Below the pieces are notes generated by a model, which worked only from the letters and a program-made list of their open reading frames with translations, made no database searches and had not been told where the DNA came from. Of a DNA stretch of 64,000 nt, positions 11,946-21,200 are shown one piece after another; within the stretch, counting starts at the first letter, position 1; each line of letters starts with the position of its first letter. Both the position numbers and the translations under genes were made by a program. Origin of the DNA: Endomicrobiales bacterium (GTDB lineage: Bacteria; Elusimicrobiota; Endomicrobiia; Endomicrobiales; JALOBY01); NCBI GenBank assembly GCA_963796955.1, contig CAWCNJ010000004.1, positions 96,001 through 160,000 on the forward strand. Direction: 5' to 3'.

Positions 11946-13684
11946 CCATGACCACCATAACCGAACCCGTCATTTTAAAAGGCGAATCACTTTCTGAAGG
12001 CGTGGCCTACAGCGGCACCTGCCTGTATAAGGAAGACCTTTTTGACGTGTTGCCGCGCCGTTCCATCGCCCGGGAAGAAGAACCCGTGGAACAGGAGCGG
12101 TACGACCGCGCCATCGCCGTGACCCGTGCGGATCTCGCCAAAGACCGCGACACCGTTGCCTCAACGATCAGTAAGCTGGAAGCCGATATTTTTACCGCCC
12201 ACATACTGATCCTGGAAGACCCTTCTTTTTCCGACGAGATACGGAAACTTATCGCCTCCGAACACATCAACGCCGAATACGCGATCCTGAAGATCGCCCA
12301 GGCCTATGAAGAAAAATTCAAACTGATGCCGAACGAATATTTTAAGGAACGAATCCAGGACATCAACGATATCGCCAAACGGCTGGTGCGCAACCTGGGC
12401 GTAAAGCATACGGCTCCGCTGTGCGCCGTTTGTCTTTCCGGAAAACCGGGCATCATTGCCACGCAGCTGTTGAGCGCCTCATTCATCGCTGGCCTCTACG
12501 ACCGCCCGATAGCCGCCATCGCCGCAGAGACCGGTTCAGCGCTGTCTCATGGGGCGATACTGGCTAAGGCCATGGGCGTGCCGGTGGTCATAAACGTGCC
12601 GGGCCTGCTGCAGCACCTTGCCTGCGGCGCCTCCATGCTGATAGACGGCAACAAAGGCCTGGTGATCATCGATCCCGACGAAGAAATACTAAAACGATAT
12701 AAACCGCAGCTGCAGCAGGTGGAAGAAAAAAAATATGCGGCCGGGTTCCTGCAAACCAGAGACGGCTACCGGGTCAACATCCTTGCCAACGCCGGTTCTC
12801 TGACGGGCGTTAAAATAGCCGCCGGTAACAATATTAAGGACATCGGTCTTTTTCGCACGGAATTCGCCTTCCTTGAACAATCGGCGGAGCCCAGTATAGA
12901 ATCCCAGATAGAAAGTTACCGCGCGGTGATGCATGCCTGCCCGGGGGTGGTCACGTTCCGTCTGCTGGACATCGGCGGCGATAAAATAGTGGATTTCCTG
13001 CAATTTCCGCAGCAGGACAATCCGAACCTTGGGCTGCGCGGCGCGCGGGTATACGAGCAATATCCTGCGCTTATCTCAAACCAGATAGAGGCGCTGCTGC
13101 GCGCAAAAGGCCGCCGGCCCATGAAGCTGCTGGTGCCCATGGTCTCGACGCTGAAAGAATTCCGCCTTGCCCGCACGCTGATCGGCAGAAAACTGAAAGA
13201 ACTGAAAGGTAAACATGATATAGATGCCGCAAACCTGCAGGTAGGCTGCATGATAGAGGTGCCCTCAGCCGTCTACACCCTGCCCGCCCTGCTTGAAGAC
13301 GCCGATTTCATAAGCATAGGCACTAACGACCTTATTCAATACATCATGGGTGTAGACCGCAATAACACACACCTGGGCGACCTTTCAAGCCCCTTTCAGC
13401 CCGCCGTGCTGAAAGTGCTCTCAGAGATCAGCCGGGCCGCTATACACCACAACGGTACCACCGCCAAAGAGGTAGTGGTCTGCGGCGAAGTAGCTTCCGA
13501 CCCGCTTATGGCCCAGATACTGGTGGGCCTTGGTTACGAAAACCTGAGTATAAACATACACCGCCTCACCGCCGTCGGCGACGCCCTCGCCGCCTACACC
13601 CGCCACGAACTGATAGACCACGCCCGCAACCTTTTGTCCCTGCCCACCCTGGAACACGTGCTGGACCTTTTTGCCAACCGATAA
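11942..13684 (+). CDS. ptsI: Phosphoenolpyruvate-protein phosphotransferase (PTS enzyme I)
   Basis: IFTAHILILEDP, SHGAILAKAMGVP (phospho-His), IGLFRTEF, RLLDIGGDK, NPNLGLRG, MIEVPSA, SIGTNDLIQY, VCGEVASDP. Start is GTG 11942 or ATG 11948. Confidence 0.92.
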   Translation: MTMTTITEPVILKGESLSEGVAYSGTCLYKEDLFDVLPRRSIAREEEPVEQERYDRAIAVTRADLAKDRDTVASTISKLEADIFTAHILILEDPSFSDEIRKLIASEHINAEYAILKIAQAYEEKFKLMPNEYFKERIQDINDIAKRLVRNLGVKHTAPLCAVCLSGKPGIIATQLLSASFIAGLYDRPIAAIAAETGSALSHGAILAKAMGVPVVINVPGLLQHLACGASMLIDGNKGLVIIDPDEEILKRYKPQLQQVEEKKYAAGFLQTRDGYRVNILANAGSLTGVKIAAGNNIKDIGLFRTEFAFLEQSAEPSIESQIESYRAVMHACPGVVTFRLLDIGGDKIVDFLQFPQQDNPNLGLRGARVYEQYPALISNQIEALLRAKGRRPMKLLVPMVSTLKEFRLARTLIGRKLKELKGKHDIDAANLQVGCMIEVPSAVYTLPALLEDADFISIGTNDLIQYIMGVDRNNTHLGDLSSPFQPAVLKVLSEISRAAIHHNGTTAKEVVVCGEVASDPLMAQILVGLGYENLSINIHRLTAVGDALAAYTRHELIDHARNLLSLPTLEHVLDLFANR

Positions 13685-13691
13685 ATTGTTC

Positions 13692-13720
13692 TTGACAACA
13701 ACGATAATGGATAATATAAT
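13692..13720 (+). promoter_or_regulatory. Consensus sigma70 promoter of hipBA
   Basis: TTGACA (13692-13697) - 17 nt - TATAAT (13715-13720). Confidence 0.85.
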
Positions 13721-13764
13721 ATCTATAGAATACAAATTTTTAATTATAGGATAATATATTGTCT
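13709..13764 (+). promoter_or_regulatory. Two putative HipB-type operator boxes, GGATAATATAwTrTCT
   Basis: ggataatataatatct (13709-13724) and ggataatatattgtct (13749-13764): 14/16 identical, 40 bp apart, imperfect palindromes overlapping the -10 element and the start codon. Confidence 0.55.
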
Positions 13765-14079
13765 TCTATTCCTGATCTAGATGATTTCAGTGTGGGTAAA
13801 CTTTCTGCGGGAATCAGCGCAAGGGTAAAGGCCCGTCGTCTGGAACTGAACCTGACTCAATCTGCCCTTTCAAAAAGATCCGGTGTAAGCCTTGGGACGC
13901 TTAAACATTTTGAAAGATACGCAAAAATATCGTTGCAACACCTGCTTATGCTCGCCATCGCAATGCAGGCCGCCCAGGAATTCAAGAAGCTTTTTTCAAC
14001 CAAACTTTATCTGAGTATCGACGATGTGATCAAAAACAACAAACCAACCAAGCGGCAAAGGGGAAGGCTTAATGTTTAA
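13759..14079 (+). CDS. HipB-like XRE-family HTH antitoxin
   Basis: RVKARRLELNLTQSALSKRSGVSLGTLKHFE; overlaps the hipA start. Confidence 0.88.
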   Translation: MSSIPDLDDFSVGKLSAGISARVKARRLELNLTQSALSKRSGVSLGTLKHFERYAKISLQHLLMLAIAMQAAQEFKKLFSTKLYLSIDDVIKNNKPTKRQRGRLNV

Positions 14080-15175
14080 ACCCGTTAAAGTCCTTACGGT
14101 AACCATGCAAGGGCGCACGGTGGGCAAGCTGGCGCTTACCCCGGAAAACATCTGTGTTTTTGAATATGATAAAAAATTTCTCGTGTCAGGTTTTTCAATC
14201 TCACCGTTATATCTTCCGTTAAAGACAGGTGTGTTCGTCGCCAAGCAGGAGCCGTTCAACGGCCTGTTCGGTGTGTTCAGCGACAGCCTGCCTGATGGCT
14301 GGGGCAAATTGCTGATAGATAGATTACTTCAAAAGCACAAGATCGACCCGCACGGTCTTACCGCTCTCGACAGGCTTACGATCGTCGGTAAAAACGGCAT
14401 GGGCGCCCTTGAATACCAGCCCGCTAATACCTTTTTCAAAGGTGAAAATTCTAACGATATCGCTTACATCGCAAAAGAAGTGCAGAAAGTACTGAACGAA
14501 AATTACTCCGGCCATTTAGAGCTTCTGGCTGAAAAAGAGGGCAGTTCCGGTGGCGCGCGCCCGAAGGTTTCCTTAAAGATAAACGGGGAAGAGTGGCTGA
14601 TAAAATTCCCCGGTTCAATGGACCCCGGCGACATAGGAACGATAGAATATAAATATTCCATCGCCGCTAAAGCCTGTGGTATAGAAATGCACGAAACAAA
14701 ATTATTTGACGGTAAATATTTCGGTGTTAAACGGTTCGACCGCGACGGAAAAAGAAAAGTGCACATGCATTCGGCTGCCGGCCTGCTGCATGCCGATTTT
14801 CGCCTTCCATCCCTTGATTATCTCGACCTGTTCAAGGCAACGCTTGCCATTACCAACGATATGGGCGAAGTAGTAAAACTCTACCGGCAAATGGTATTCA
14901 ACGTAATAACCGGCAATAAAGATGACCATGCCAAAAATTTCTCATACTTGTGCATACATAATAAGTGGCGGCTTTCACCCGCCTACGACCTGGTTCCCTG
15001 CCCTGGTTTTAACGGCCAGCATACTACCACAATAAACGGCAACGGCCTGCCGGATACAACTGACATCCTCACAGTAGCAACCGAGATCGGCATAAACAAA
15101 ACTCTGGCCTTAAGCATTCTCGAAGAAGCAAAAGTAAAAACAAGAACACTCCCTAAATTAAGTGCGATCGCTTGA
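14072..15175 (+). CDS. hipA: HipA-family Ser/Thr kinase toxin (HipA_N + HipA_C)
   Basis: FSDSLPDGWG, SSGGARPK, KRFDR, NKDDHAKNFS, LSPAYD. Confidence 0.92.
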   Translation: MFKPVKVLTVTMQGRTVGKLALTPENICVFEYDKKFLVSGFSISPLYLPLKTGVFVAKQEPFNGLFGVFSDSLPDGWGKLLIDRLLQKHKIDPHGLTALDRLTIVGKNGMGALEYQPANTFFKGENSNDIAYIAKEVQKVLNENYSGHLELLAEKEGSSGGARPKVSLKINGEEWLIKFPGSMDPGDIGTIEYKYSIAAKACGIEMHETKLFDGKYFGVKRFDRDGKRKVHMHSAAGLLHADFRLPSLDYLDLFKATLAITNDMGEVVKLYRQMVFNVITGNKDDHAKNFSYLCIHNKWRLSPAYDLVPCPGFNGQHTTTINGNGLPDTTDILTVATEIGINKTLALSILEEAKVKTRTLPKLSAIA

Positions 15176-15181
15176 TCAGTA

Positions 15182-15210
15182 TTGACAAATTTATGCGGAT
15201 ATGTTAAAAA
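15182..15210 (+). promoter_or_regulatory. Possible sigma70 promoter for the AAA ATPase gene
   Basis: TTGACA - 17 nt - TAAAAA with TG extension; the -10 lacks the final T. Confidence 0.4.
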
Positions 15211-15254
15211 GTTGTGACTAAATTATGTAGATGTATAAAAAAGACAGGAGGGTT

Positions 15255-16502
15255 ATGTTTCATCGGTTCTTGGAGAAAATTGCTTTTTCTGATATATTTT
15301 CGCGCCAGATGCGATTTATTGCGGGCCCGCGTCAATCTGGTAAAACAACACTTGCCAAAACTAAATTGAAACAGATGGACTGCGCAAAATATTATTATAA
15401 TTGGGACACATCGGAGTTGCGCGACAGGCAGCGGAAGGAGCTGGATTTCCTGAGGCCCGATATGTCGGCTTTGGATTCTCGTAAAGGCAAAACATGGGTT
15501 TGTTTCGACGAAATACATAAATATCCGAAGTGGAAGAATATTTTAAAGTCTTACTTTGATACCTACGAGGACAAAGTGAATTTTATTGTAACAGGCAGCG
15601 CCATGCTTGACCTGATGCGAAAATCCGGCGACAGTCTTGCCGGGCGCTATTTTATTTTCAGGCTTAACCCGCTTATGCTTGCTGAGGTCGCAGGGGCGCA
15701 TGGAGAGGAAATATTGATTCCCGGCGAAAACAGCGTTGGATACATTGAGTCAGTATTGCAGGGGTCACGTGAAGAAAAAGATTCGTTTGCGCACCTGCTG
15801 AGATATGGGGCCTTCCCGGAGCCATTGTTGAACGAAAACGATATTTTTGCCAAAAAGTGGCACCGTGATTATGTAGAGAGGATAGTAAAAGAGGATTTGC
15901 GAGATCTTTCGACGATAAGCCACTTGGAAAAAGTAATGGAACTAACGCTTATGCTTCCGGATAAAGTAGGGGCGCCGCTTTCAATTAACTCACTGAGAGA
16001 AGATCTGGAGATGAATTTTAGCTCTGTAAAAAACTACATTAACTATCTTCAGCTTTCTTACATTTTATTCCTAATTCCACCCTATAGCAGAAAAAATTCC
16101 AGGCTGGTGAGAAAGGAAAAAAAGTTATATTTTTACGACTGGGCCCTTATTGAGAATGAGGGTAAAAGGTTTGAGAATTTTGTAGCCCTTGAGCTGAAAT
16201 CCCGCATTGAACTATGGAACGAGTCCTCAAAGGATAGCTTTGACCTGTTCTTTGTGCGCGGGCGCGAAGGGTATGAGACGGATTTCCTGCTTACGAGGAA
16301 TAATACCCCCTATATTCTTATAGAGGCAAAACTCTCGGAAAATAACATAGAGCCGCACCACTACAGGCATTCTTCGATGTTTGACGGCATCCCGTTTATA
16401 CAACTGGTAAGACAGAACGGTGTGCTGGAAAGAAAAAGCAAGGGATGTTATGTACTATCCGCCTCAAGGTTCCTGAGCGGTTTTTTTAAACAAGCCAGTT
16501 AG
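15255..16502 (+). CDS. AAA_14 ATPase with DUF4143 and C-terminal PD-(D/E)xK-like domain
   Basis: Walker A GPRQSGKT, Walker B CFDEIH, IVTGS, SLAGR, YGAFPE, KKLYFYD, FENFV, ETDF...IEAK; AGGAGG before ATG 15255. Confidence 0.88.
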   Translation: MFHRFLEKIAFSDIFSRQMRFIAGPRQSGKTTLAKTKLKQMDCAKYYYNWDTSELRDRQRKELDFLRPDMSALDSRKGKTWVCFDEIHKYPKWKNILKSYFDTYEDKVNFIVTGSAMLDLMRKSGDSLAGRYFIFRLNPLMLAEVAGAHGEEILIPGENSVGYIESVLQGSREEKDSFAHLLRYGAFPEPLLNENDIFAKKWHRDYVERIVKEDLRDLSTISHLEKVMELTLMLPDKVGAPLSINSLREDLEMNFSSVKNYINYLQLSYILFLIPPYSRKNSRLVRKEKKLYFYDWALIENEGKRFENFVALELKSRIELWNESSKDSFDLFFVRGREGYETDFLLTRNNTPYILIEAKLSENNIEPHHYRHSSMFDGIPFIQLVRQNGVLERKSKGCYVLSASRFLSGFFKQAS

Positions 16503-16526
16503 AGACAAGAAGCTTAATAAAATTTC

Positions 16527-16628
16527 TTGACAGGCAATTACGAGGGTTTCGGAGTTGGTTTCGGTATAAACCTGTGCAATATCAAAATAGATTATGCCTT
16601 CGTCCCTTACGGCGTGAAAACCCATTGA
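16527..16628 (+). pseudogene. Remnant of the C-terminal strands of a PorV-family barrel gene
   Basis: Reads LTGNYEGFGVGFGINLCNIKIDYAFVPYGVKTH*; 12/23 ungapped identities to GLSTGFGVHVWDIQLDYAFVPMG of the 3172..4104 gene. Confidence 0.7.
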
Positions 16629-16661
16629 AAAATAAGGCAAAATTTTTATAACACAAAATTG

Positions 16662-16690
16662 TTGACAAAATTGGGATTGTCTGTTATATT
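16662..16690 (+). promoter_or_regulatory. Sigma70 promoter of the riboswitch/giant-gene operon
   Basis: TTGACA (16662-16667) - 17 nt - TATATT (16685-16690) with TGn extended -10. Confidence 0.8.
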
Positions 16691-16732
16691 TCTAGTGCAC
16701 CAGAAAAACTTGTTTTAGAAAAAAGCCATACC

Positions 16733-16900
16733 ATACCCGAAAAAGGCAAACCCGGTGAAAGCCGGGGACGCAAAGCCGCCCGGAAAACTTACCGGGCATC
16801 ACGCGACGGGTCGCGTGGTACGGGCCTTCAACGACGTATCTTCGGACTCCGGTCTCCGGACTCCGGACTGTCGTAAAGGTGGCCGGGTTGCCGAAGGTAA
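16733..16900 (+). promoter_or_regulatory. c-di-GMP-I (GEMM) riboswitch, atypical with internal hairpin insertions
   Basis: AAAGGCAAA-CCCGGT-GAAA-GCCGGG-GACGCAAAGCC...ACGGGCCT...AAGGTGGCCGGGTTGCCGAAGG matches GEMM-I hallmarks; closing stem TACC/GGTA; lies between the promoter and the first ATG. Confidence 0.85.
16843..16870 (+). repeat. Heptamer tandem repeat (CGGACTC)x4 in the riboswitch distal loop
   Basis: cggactc cggtctc cggactc cggactg. Confidence 0.8.
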
Positions 16901-16904
16901 CCTA

Positions 16905-17405
16905 ATGAAGCTAAAACTATTATTCCCATGTTTTATCACCGTTATGCTAAGCTGTACGGCATGGTGCGCGGCGGCAGGGGGAACTGCCCGCCAGACCGGC
17001 GTTTTTTTGCCATCAATTGATATCCAGTCGTCGCAAGAAGATCTGGACGTTCGCGATAGCAATAATAATATTATAGCCTCAATACAGGCGCAACAAGACC
17101 TGAGAGACATATTCCTCTCCGGTCTTTTTTCTTTATTAAGTCAACCTGAGTTATATACTTACGCGCGCGCCTGCGAAGTTTTGGCTAAAAGGCTGGGATT
17201 TGGGGCGCATGCCCTTGCGGCCGCGGCTGCCGGAGCTGTAACCCGCTCGGTTGATGCACTTCTTTCAGGCCGCACCGAAAAAAATATCGTTGCCTGCTTC
17301 TTGGTCGTATTTCTCGCGATAGTGGTCGTTTCTGCTTTCCGCATTCCTGCCCCAATGCTTTCGCTGCCGCTGGTGGCGATGGCACCCGTTTCATTGCGCT
17401 GTTAA
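16905..17405 (+). CDS. Hypothetical exported/membrane protein (166 aa), first gene after the riboswitch
   Basis: ATG 16905 follows AAGGT; signal peptide MKLKLLFPCFITVMLSCTAWCA; C-terminal TM IVACFLVVFLAIVVVSAF; ends VSLRC. The ORF-track start at 16755 lies inside the riboswitch. Confidence 0.65.
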   Translation: MKLKLLFPCFITVMLSCTAWCAAAGGTARQTGVFLPSIDIQSSQEDLDVRDSNNNIIASIQAQQDLRDIFLSGLFSLLSQPELYTYARACEVLAKRLGFGAHALAAAAAGAVTRSVDALLSGRTEKNIVACFLVVFLAIVVVSAFRIPAPMLSLPLVAMAPVSLRC

Positions 17406-17461
17406 CCAATGGCCCAGGCCGTCCATAGAGGGCGGCCCCCGATGCGATCCTTGCAGTTTCG

Positions 17462-18235
17462 ATGTATGGGCTTACGGGGACATGTGCAATGACAAACCCA
17501 ATTGTTGTTGAAAAATCAATCAAAAGATTTATGAGCGCTTGCCGCTCTTTGTGGGCTGTTGTTACCCGCCAAGCAGGGCTGGTTTTTTTTCACGCGCGCG
17601 AGAACCTTAATAAGGGCGCAATTATTGCCTGCCTTGGGGTAGTTGTGTTGTTTGGCCAGTGCTATGCAGCCGATAGCGTTGACCAAACGGCACAAAAACT
17701 TGCAAGCGCAGACCGCAAAGTTATGTTCGCGGCGATAAATTCGCTTGCGGCTCTTAACCAGGCCGATGCCGATCTGCAGCTGAAGAATTTTTATTCCACA
17801 GTCAGTGAAAACTACGTGAAAATGCAGGTTTTGCAGGCGGTGGCGGCAAATAACAGCCCTTCCGCAAGGGCGATAATCCGCCTTGGTTTGAAGGATGCCA
17901 ACGAGTATGTGCGCAAGGCCGCCGTGCAGGCATTATCCTTTGCTCCCGATGAGAAAGAGGCTGTTAAAGCCCTGACGGACACCCTGAACACCGAAAAGAA
18001 CGATTCGGTGAGAGGCCACGCGCTTACGGCCCTTTCAAATTTTAGTTCCACGTCGGCAGTAGCCGCGATAAGCACCGAATTAGGCGACAAAACAAGAGGC
18101 AAAGAACACCGCCTGCGCGCCGCGCAGTCCCTGCGCCGCATCGGCGGCAAACAGGCAAAAGCCGCTCTGGATAAAGCTAAGAACGACCCGCAGATATCGA
18201 AAGAAATTGACGCCATGAACAAGGCCGGCAAATGA
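17462..18235 (+). CDS. Exported HEAT/PBS-lyase-like repeat protein (start uncertain)
   Basis: Hydrophobic segment ending QCYA-A; repeats LKDANEYVRKAAVQAL, EKNDSVRGHALTAL, RLRAAQSLRRIGG; stop overlaps the giant-gene ATG (ATGA). Confidence 0.8.
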   Translation: MYGLTGTCAMTNPIVVEKSIKRFMSACRSLWAVVTRQAGLVFFHARENLNKGAIIACLGVVVLFGQCYAADSVDQTAQKLASADRKVMFAAINSLAALNQADADLQLKNFYSTVSENYVKMQVLQAVAANNSPSARAIIRLGLKDANEYVRKAAVQALSFAPDEKEAVKALTDTLNTEKNDSVRGHALTALSNFSSTSAVAAISTELGDKTRGKEHRLRAAQSLRRIGGKQAKAALDKAKNDPQISKEIDAMNKAGK

Positions 18236-21200
18236 ACTTATTGGGCCGCAATAAACCATTTTCCATAATAGTTTCGTTAAGCGCCTTGATGGGTGTGGTG
18301 CTTTGTCTCGCTTTTGACGTTAAAACAGCTAATGCTGCGGCCACATACAACACGGAAGGCACACTTTTATACGGCGGCGGTGATGTGCGCCCTTCATATC
18401 GCAATTGGAACGGCTCTGGCTGGGACGTAGAGCAAAAAGCACCGGCTTACGCCGACAGCACTGTCAACGAAAAAGGTGTGGTGACCTTTACGGTGGTCAA
18501 GGATGCCCCTGCGTGGATGGCAAATATAGATCCGACGCGTGTCGGTGAAAAAGTGATGATCACTGAAGACTCTATGTGCCGTCTGGTTGCACAGGTCTGG
18601 GATCCAGTTGCTCTTAAGTGGGGCGACAGTAAGGTGTTGTTGGGCCAGGGAGTTACCAACCCAGGCATGGACAATACAGGCCGCAACAACCTCGCTGCCG
18701 GCCAATATAGGTTCTTCGATGTGGCATATTCATCTGGCATCGTTGTGGTGGTTGCTGCCCACCCGCAGAACACTTCAAATACCAATAATCTATTGTACTG
18801 GACCTACGATGGGAATACGTGGGACACAACTGGGACTTCTTTGGGGTCTGCGGCTTCTAATACCATCCGTTGGGTACGCATGGAGACCAACCCTCTATTC
18901 AGCAATTGTACGAACATGGCCCTGGTTACCTTGGATGCCGGAAGGAACTATACGGGTCGTGTAGGGTACGACTCCAAAGCAGATGTTTGGGCGGCTACTG
19001 ACAACTTTGGCGCTGCAGTGTGCACGAACAACTGGTCAAACTACTTCAGCGTGTATGATATCGCTTTTGATTCATCCGGCGTAATGCGCGCGTTCTTTAA
19101 CAATAATGCCACTGGAGTTGTGCAGCGCTATTGGAACCCAGTCAATCGCACGTGGAATGCCGGTACTGGCTGGGCAATAGCCAATACACCCTATTCTATC
19201 CAGGCAGTACCACAGCCCAATGGCATGAAAATGGGCATAATGGTTTGGCAAAATGCCACAAACATGTCTTATTCGATATGGAATGGCGTTTCTTATTTAA
19301 ATCCTGCTGACCCATATGATGCAACAGCAAATAACGTTTCCAACCAGGTTTGGACCAACCATGGATGTTCCGGCGACTGGACGTGTAACGCAAGTTCGTT
19401 TACCATTGCCTATCTTGGCCGCCCTGCTATTAATATGCAGCCGTTGCGTGTGGTAACATGGAACGGCGCCGGCTGGGATCCTGCTGCAGCCGGTAATCAG
19501 GTATCAACCGCAATTGACAACGACAGCACTGGATTTGATAACATAGTTGTGCGTTCGACGGATTCTGCCTGTAAGGGTTCCGCCGTGCAGATATTGCTTA
19601 CTTCGCGCGATCAGTTCCTCGGAAATGGCACGTCCAATAACCGCCGCGAAGCGCGGCTGTACAGCATGACGTATGATGCTAAAACGGCATCGTTCAGCAA
19701 CCAGCAGATACTTACGAGGGCCATAACCGCAGACAACTACCAGCCATTTACAGTTTCCCGCAGCAATGGAGCCCCTTCGATGCTGGTATATAATGAGTAT
19801 ACTTCACGCCCCAATGCGCGTAAATATAACGGTACCACCATTCTTACAGAGTCTAACCTGACCGAGCTTAACACCGGAGCTATTAAACATGTTGTAATAC
19901 GCTCTTCGCCAAAGCGCGATGAGAAAGTTGCAGCAATGATGGACATTGATGGTGTATTAACATTGCATGTATGGAATGGGAGCAGTTGGGGCAATGCGTA
20001 CAAGGTGCCATACGACTATAGCGGTGAAAACAGCAGTGACTATAATCATTTCAGGAACTTTGATGTCTCTTATGAAAGGTCAAGCGGCCGCGCTATAGTG
20101 GTATTTTCCGTTCCCGGAAGCAATAACCCGCGCTACATGATCTGGACTCCTAATGGTTCGGGCAGCGGATCGTGGAGCGATCCGACGGCTGATGTGCCGG
20201 GATCCAGCGGCGATGTGGGTTTTGGATTTGCCACGCCGGCTATCTGGGTGCGTAGTGACAGTAATCCCAATCCGAATTCTAGTGAATCAGTTTTCATTTT
20301 TGTCGATAAAAATAACGGTCCCGATCTATGGGCTGTGAACTGGAGCGGCGCTAACTTTGGCACTCCTATGAAATTGCAGACCACTATAGATCGTCTGAAT
20401 GGTACCTGGCCCAGTTGGCAGAATTTCGAGGTTAAATATGAAGCGCAATACCCATATCGTGCACTCGTCGCTTGGACGCGTAACGCCGCAAACCGCGACC
20501 AGATAAACTATGCATTATGGGAATCAACTCCGACAACGCCTATCTGGATATCGCCGAATTCTCCTACGGGCGGAACCCTGGGGCGCGATTGCGGCAGCGC
20601 CACTACCGACCGCATAGCAGGTATTCGCCTTGCCGCTGACCCCAGTTCAAACCGTATCGCCATCGGTGTCGCTGATTACACCAATCAGCGTCTCTATGTT
20701 GACTATTGGAATGGCAATACCAGCTCCTGGAACAACGCCGAAAATACAGATCTGTTCAGCTCCCTTGGCATTACGGCGTTATTGTACGATACACAGAGCA
20801 ATGCCGGTACCACTAAAACGCCATTTGATATCGCTTGGGAATCGGGCGGCAATCGTATTGTGGTATTGGCGGGTAATAGTGGTACCGGTGTTACTGTCAA
20901 TAACAACCTCATGTGGGCACATTGGGTTTCAGGTACCGGCTGGACGGTAGGCGCTCTCGCAAATTCCTGCGACCCTAAAGGCCAGGCGCACAATGTTCAC
21001 GCCTACCCGGATCCCTACTCTGATGATATTACGTGGGTCGTTGCCAACACCCGCGGCTACCTGTTGCATTATGACTGGGCTGGCACGCCTTTTGGTGGGG
21101 TAACTTTACCGGATTATTGGGCCAGCTCGATCAGTAATGCATATATGGATCCTACAGTTGCTACCCAGAATCAATTGTATAACGCTCGTTTTGAACCATT

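Noticed and set aside
16843..16870. CRISPR-like array
   Set aside because: Contiguous 7-nt units with no spacers and no cas genes.
16755..16904. N-terminal extension of the 216-aa ORF from GTG 16755
   Set aside because: It runs through the riboswitch; the signal peptide begins at ATG 16905.
17417..17437. Intrinsic terminator after the 166-aa gene
   Set aside because: The hairpin is present but has no U-tract.
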